This document shows, piece by piece, positions 18,001-21,911 of a stretch of 21,911 nt of DNA (positions within the stretch are counted from its first letter, which is position 1; each line of letters opens with the position of its first letter). Source of the stretch: Alphaproteobacteria bacterium (GTDB lineage Bacteria; Pseudomonadota; Alphaproteobacteria; Rs-D84; SZUA-605); the NCBI GenBank assembly GCA_031549385.1, contig JAVBPW010000003.1, forward strand, positions 1 through 21,911, given 5' to 3'. The position numbers and the translations under genes were made by a program. The notes under the pieces were generated by a model that worked only from the letters and a program-made list of their open reading frames with translations, made no database searches and had not been told where the DNA came from.

Positions 18001-18028
18001 AATATAGATAAACTTCCTCAAAAATCAA
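18001..18028 (-). promoter_or_regulatory. Putative sigma70 promoter of uvrB
   Basis: Minus strand TTGATT-16 nt-TATATT, 7 nt before ATG 17993. Confidence 0.45.
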
Positions 18029-18141
18029 CATAAAAGCTGTAAAGTATCAATTTAGCTTGCCTTTTATTTTTTTTCATTTAGCATTGTAAAATACAATTAA
18101 GGAGAAAACTTAATTAATAACTTTAAAAAAAGGAAATAATT

Positions 18142-18762
18142 ATGAAAAAAATAGGAATATCATTACTTTCAGCTGCAGCTATCTTAGGATTTACTCCAGC
18201 TCAAGCTCAAATGGATCATTCATATGTATCTTTAAAAGCAGGATACTCTTCAACAGGAATAATGGACTCTTCATGGGACAGCAGCAAAGGTGGAATATAT
18301 GAATCTGTTGGTGTAGTATCTTTTGCATTTGGTGGAAGATTTAATAAAACATTCAGATCAGAAGTTGAATTCACATTACGTACACCTTGGGAAAATGAAT
18401 TTATAGATGGAGTTGGTGATACATTAAAAACATCATTATCAAGCTACAATTTCATGGCAAACGGATATTATGATTTTGGAACAGGTCCAATTAAACCATT
18501 CGTAGGAGCAGGTATCGGATTTTCTATCAACCAATTAGAAAACGAATGGATAGGTTTTGGTTCAAGCAAAGAAAATCACACAAAATTTGCATGGCAAGTA
18601 ATGGCAGGTATTAACTTTGCAGTTAACGACAATATGAATTTAGAATTATCATACAGATATTTCCAAATGGATGATTATAAATTAGGAGTAGATACATCAG
18701 GAAGAATTGATGCTGATATCGTATCAAATGAATTCCTAGTAGGATTATCATATAAATTCTAA
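18142..18762 (+). CDS. Small outer-membrane beta-barrel protein (opacity/surface-antigen-like), paralog 1
   Basis: Signal peptide ending AQA, RSEVEF, MANGYYDF, PFVGAGIG, FAWQVMAG, LSYRYF, terminal YKF. Confidence 0.88.
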   Translation: MKKIGISLLSAAAILGFTPAQAQMDHSYVSLKAGYSSTGIMDSSWDSSKGGIYESVGVVSFAFGGRFNKTFRSEVEFTLRTPWENEFIDGVGDTLKTSLSSYNFMANGYYDFGTGPIKPFVGAGIGFSINQLENEWIGFGSSKENHTKFAWQVMAGINFAVNDNMNLELSYRYFQMDDYKLGVDTSGRIDADIVSNEFLVGLSYKF

Positions 18763-18784
18763 TCTATATAAAGATTTGAAAAAC

Positions 18785-18811
18785 GCAGAGCTAAAATGCT
18801 CTGCTTTTTTT
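18785..18811 (+). terminator. Intrinsic terminator
   Basis: GCAGAGC-TAAAAT-GCTCTGC-TTTTTTT. Confidence 0.85.
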
Positions 18812-18872
18812 GCTTGTTTTTGAATTTATTTGCTTTAAAATGTAGTATTGTATTTAACAAAGGAGAAAATAA

Positions 18873-19457
18873 ATGAAAAAAATAGGACTATCATTATTAT
18901 CAGTAATGGCTTTAGGAGCATTCTCACCAGCATTAGCTCAAACAGAAAAAACAGCAATGTTTATATCAGGTAAAATTGGTTATGCATCAACTATATTAAC
19001 AGACAATGCATGGAAACAAAGTGACAATTTAAGAGATGGAATTGCAGTATATTCAGCAGCAATAGGTGTAGATTTCAAAAAGATGATAAGAACAGAACTT
19101 GAATTCACAGCACGTGATGGATGGGAAAATAAAAGAACATCATTAAACAATAACAATGCAATGTTCAACGTATATTACAACTTCTTTCCAAGAAGCACAT
19201 TAAGCCCATTTATTGGAGCAGGTTTAGGTCTATCATGGAACAAAGCTGACGATGGATTTACAAAACCAGAAACAAGCACAAATTTTGCATGGCAAGCAAC
19301 CGCTGGAATTTCATTAGCAATAATTGATAACTTAAATATTGATTTAGCATATCGTTATTTCCAAGTAGAAAATCTAAAAATTGGATCAGGGGCTACTGGA
19401 CAAAAAGTAGACATCGTATCAAACGAAATTCTATTAGGCGTTCGTTTCAGCTTCTAA
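18873..19457 (+). CDS. Small outer-membrane beta-barrel protein (opacity/surface-antigen-like), paralog 2
   Basis: Signal peptide ending ALA, RTELEF, MFNVYYNF, PFIGAGLG, FAWQATAG, LAYRYF, terminal FSF. SD AAGGAG. Confidence 0.88.
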   Translation: MKKIGLSLLSVMALGAFSPALAQTEKTAMFISGKIGYASTILTDNAWKQSDNLRDGIAVYSAAIGVDFKKMIRTELEFTARDGWENKRTSLNNNNAMFNVYYNFFPRSTLSPFIGAGLGLSWNKADDGFTKPETSTNFAWQATAGISLAIIDNLNIDLAYRYFQVENLKIGSGATGQKVDIVSNEILLGVRFSF

Positions 19458-19478
19458 TTTAAATTTAATAAAAACAAG

Positions 19479-19501
19479 ACTCCCAATCTGGGAGTTTTTT
19501 T
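19479..19501 (+). terminator. Intrinsic terminator
   Basis: ACTCCCA-ATC-TGGGAGT-TTTTTT. Confidence 0.85.
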
Positions 19502-19584
19502 ATTTTGAATTCTCAAAATAAAATAAAAAATAAGTAAAAATTTGAATCACTCTTGAAAAAGTAAATTTCAGTAACTATATATCA

Positions 19585-19630
19585 TTTGATAATTATAAAA
19601 CTATCAAAATATTCTCCAATATGATATAAT
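19585..19630 (+). promoter_or_regulatory. Extended -10 promoter with an upstream inverted repeat (candidate operator)
   Basis: TGATATAAT (TGn-TATAAT) at 19622-19630. TTTGATA-N10-TATCAAA at 19585-19608 overlaps the -35 position. Confidence 0.5.
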
Positions 19631-19668
19631 GGTTTTTGTAAACGATTCTATTTAAAGGAGATTTTTAT

Positions 19669-21911
19669 ATGAAATTCAAGAAGATAATATACAGTTTAAC
19701 TACAATCTCATCATTGCTTTTATCAACAAACTCTCACGCTCAAATAACTTGGACAGGGACAGATGTTACAATTCCAAATTCAACATATTTTTCTTGTGAT
19801 GGAAGTGTTGATGGTGGGAATAATGATTGTGTAACAATACTTGATTATCCAGAAGTTTATGGAAATGCAGTATCAATATATGGTGTAGGAACATCAACAA
19901 ATTATGCAAATTTAACAGTAAATCATAAAATAACATCCTCATCAGGAGCTACAATAAGTTTTTCTGGTTCGAATTATTTAAATATAACTAATGGAACTAC
20001 AGGTGTTTTAAAAGGTATAGACGGTATAAAATTTGGAGCTGGATCAACAACAGGAACAATTGCCAATTATGGTTTAATTGATGCTCGAGACAATGGTATT
20101 ATTAAAGATGGAGCAACAACAGGATCTTTCTACGGAACAATCTCAAATTTTGGAACAATCAAATTAACGGTTAAGGATAATCGTGACATAGGTGGAATTG
20201 CTTTCATTGGTGGAAGCAGTGGTGGATTTAATTTTGGTTCGGCATCAAATAAAGCTTATATTATTAATGAATTACCAACATCTGTAATTTCAGGTGGGCA
20301 TACTGCATTCACAACAGAGTCTGGCTATATTGGAATGTATATGGATATAATAAATCGTGGATTAATGGAAGGAACTGGTTTTGGAATAAGATTTTCTGGA
20401 AATACATTAACTTATATGATTGGTGAAATTATTAATTATGGAAAGATAGCAGCAACAGAGACAGAAGTTGGCGGTCAAGCAATTGGTCTTACAGGCAATG
20501 TATATTTTGGAAAACCAACAGAAAGATCAAAAATTATAAATTATGCTGGCGCTGAAATTACAGGTAGTCATTCAGGTATAGGATTATCTTATTATGGATA
20601 TTTTTTTGGAGATATTGAAAATTATGGTACGATTCAAGGATTGTCAGATAACGTTACAGTTGCAGCTATTATGTCAACAGGATATTCGCAATGGGGGTCT
20701 GCAACTTCCAGGTCAAATATAATAAATAAAACATCTGATTCTAAAATTATTGGAGGAACAAATGGTATATTGTTTAGAAATTCATTTGTTTATGGAGATA
20801 TAATAAATTATGGTACAATTAAAGGAACAATTCTAAGTGGAATAGAATTTACAAATTTAGCTCCTTTTTATGGTGAAATTTTAAATTATTCTCTTATTCA
20901 AGGTGGAAAAGATGGTATTTTAAATAATGGAAATGTAACCGGTTTAATAAATAATTCAGGAACAATTCAAGGTACTGTTGGTATAAATTTTGAAGCCACA
21001 TCAAAAATCAGTGGAGGTATAAATAATACTGGAAAGATTTTGGGTGTTGAACATGCTATAAGAAATTATGGAACAGTTGGTGATGGAATAACTGCAGTGG
21101 CTATTAATAACACAGGTAATTCAGCAGAACTTGCAAGTATTTTCAACGGAGCAACAGGTGTTATTAAGGGGGCAACTTATTCTATTTATAACAATAATGC
21201 AAATAACAGAATTAATTATCAAGGTGATGGAAGTTTAGTTGGAGCATTTTATTCAGATGGTGGTTGGGAATTTTCCAATATGACATTTAATATGGCAAAA
21301 TTAAATATGTTAAGTGGAGCAACTGGAGCTAAGGGTGTTATGTATACAAATAAAGGTAACGCAGGAGGTATAGCATCACAACTTTTATTAACATATACAA
21401 CATCAGATATGAATCAAGCTAAAATTATTTCAAACATAGGTAATCTTTCATTAGGAGATGCAACATATGGAAATATAGTTCTTAACTTAACATTAAATGG
21501 CGGAGAAGCAGAAGATGGTGCTTATTTTATTGGGCAATCTAATACTTTAGTTACTGCAAGTTCTGCAATCTATTCAGATGTTTGGTCTAATGGAACAGCT
21601 CTTGGAGCAGAAGATTATGCTTTCAGATATGAAAATGGAAATAAGGAATTGTGGTTAGATATTTTAAGAGGTGGTATTACTCCTCCCCCAGCACCAAGTG
21701 GGGATGTAAATAAAATGAATTCATCTTCTATGGCTTCTTCTGGTTTATCAGGGTCTCGAAGAGTAGGTAGAGTTATATTCGAAAATAAAATGGGTGACTT
21801 AATGGCTAATAATTTAAAAAGAGATATTAAATTAGCTTATGCTCAAAATGATAGAAATATTATGTATGATGCTTATCTTAAAGATAATTACAAAAATAAA
21901 AAGAATGGTTT
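19669..21911 (+). CDS. Autotransporter/adhesin: signal peptide, beta-helical passenger and linker (3'-partial, >747 aa; absent from the ORF track)
   Basis: SD AAGGAG, then MKFKKIIYSLTTISSLLLSTNSHA-Q. Frame read by hand as open to the window end. Gly/Asn/Ile/Thr-rich with recurring G-x-I-x-N-(Y/F/S/T)-G-x-I turns, then a Pro-rich linker (ITPPPAPSG) and a helical linker-like segment. Confidence 0.82.
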   Translation, partial: MKFKKIIYSLTTISSLLLSTNSHAQITWTGTDVTIPNSTYFSCDGSVDGGNNDCVTILDYPEVYGNAVSIYGVGTSTNYANLTVNHKITSSSGATISFSGSNYLNITNGTTGVLKGIDGIKFGAGSTTGTIANYGLIDARDNGIIKDGATTGSFYGTISNFGTIKLTVKDNRDIGGIAFIGGSSGGFNFGSASNKAYIINELPTSVISGGHTAFTTESGYIGMYMDIINRGLMEGTGFGIRFSGNTLTYMIGEIINYGKIAATETEVGGQAIGLTGNVYFGKPTERSKIINYAGAEITGSHSGIGLSYYGYFFGDIENYGTIQGLSDNVTVAAIMSTGYSQWGSATSRSNIINKTSDSKIIGGTNGILFRNSFVYGDIINYGTIKGTILSGIEFTNLAPFYGEILNYSLIQGGKDGILNNGNVTGLINNSGTIQGTVGINFEATSKISGGINNTGKILGVEHAIRNYGTVGDGITAVAINNTGNSAELASIFNGATGVIKGATYSIYNNNANNRINYQGDGSLVGAFYSDGGWEFSNMTFNMAKLNMLSGATGAKGVMYTNKGNAGGIASQLLLTYTTSDMNQAKIISNIGNLSLGDATYGNIVLNLTLNGGEAEDGAYFIGQSNTLVTASSAIYSDVWSNGTALGAEDYAFRYENGNKELWLDILRGGITPPPAPSGDVNKMNSSSMASSGLSGSRRVGRVIFENKMGDLMANNLKRDIKLAYAQNDRNIMYDAYLKDNYKNKKNG

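Noticed and set aside
544-18002. mfd, recN and uvrB as a dedicated DNA-repair island
   Set aside because: They are in separate transcription units, kilobases apart and interleaved with unrelated genes. This is compatible with chance in a small genome.
18057-18110. T8 tract in a possible promoter spacer and an orphan AAGGAG upstream of OMP paralog 1 (phase variation or leader peptide)
   Set aside because: Runs of 7-8 T/A are common at this AT content, and no start codon follows the extra SD at a usable distance.
1729-19168. Short ORF-track entries nested in or antisense to long genes (e.g. 1729-1923, 2261-2443, 3231-3434, 6583-6918, 7169-7486, 7771-8109, 8270-8563, 12068-12295, 13058-13318, 16387-16656, 18980-19168)
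   Set aside because: They overlap well-supported conserved genes and show no recognisable motifs, so they are shadow ORFs.
1-21911. Window is a closed circular element (the end-to-start join is in frame)
   Set aside because: No terminal sequence overlap, the barrel would be too short, the content is core chromosomal genes, and there is no replication or integration gene.

Overview
AT-rich bacterial chromosomal segment in the standard genetic code. Gene content points to a probably host-associated alphaproteobacterium: ELM1-family gene next to waaA, RpoZ starting MARITVEDC, and an OmpA with the FDCW-type N-terminal domain. It carries housekeeping genes (mfd, waaA, recN, mtaB, rpoZ, uvrB) and envelope genes (Sel1-repeat protein, DUF1254/DUF1214 lipoprotein, OmpA plus lytic transglycosylase, two tandem small beta-barrel OMPs). 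Both window ends fall inside autotransporter genes: a C-terminal barrel at 2-547, and a >747-codon passenger ORF from 19669 that the ORF track missed. No rRNA, tRNA, CRISPR, IS element or integrase was seen. The best leads are (i) a SET-domain methyltransferase gene bracketed by an identical 21-bp terminator repeat, next to an unannotated 53-aa membrane ORF; (ii) apparently leaderless recN and uvrB transcripts; (iii) a Sel1 protein with a metallothionein-like N-terminal Cys motif; (iv) autotransporter genes at both boundaries. None is a proven novel system. All family calls come from motif recognition by eye, not database searches.
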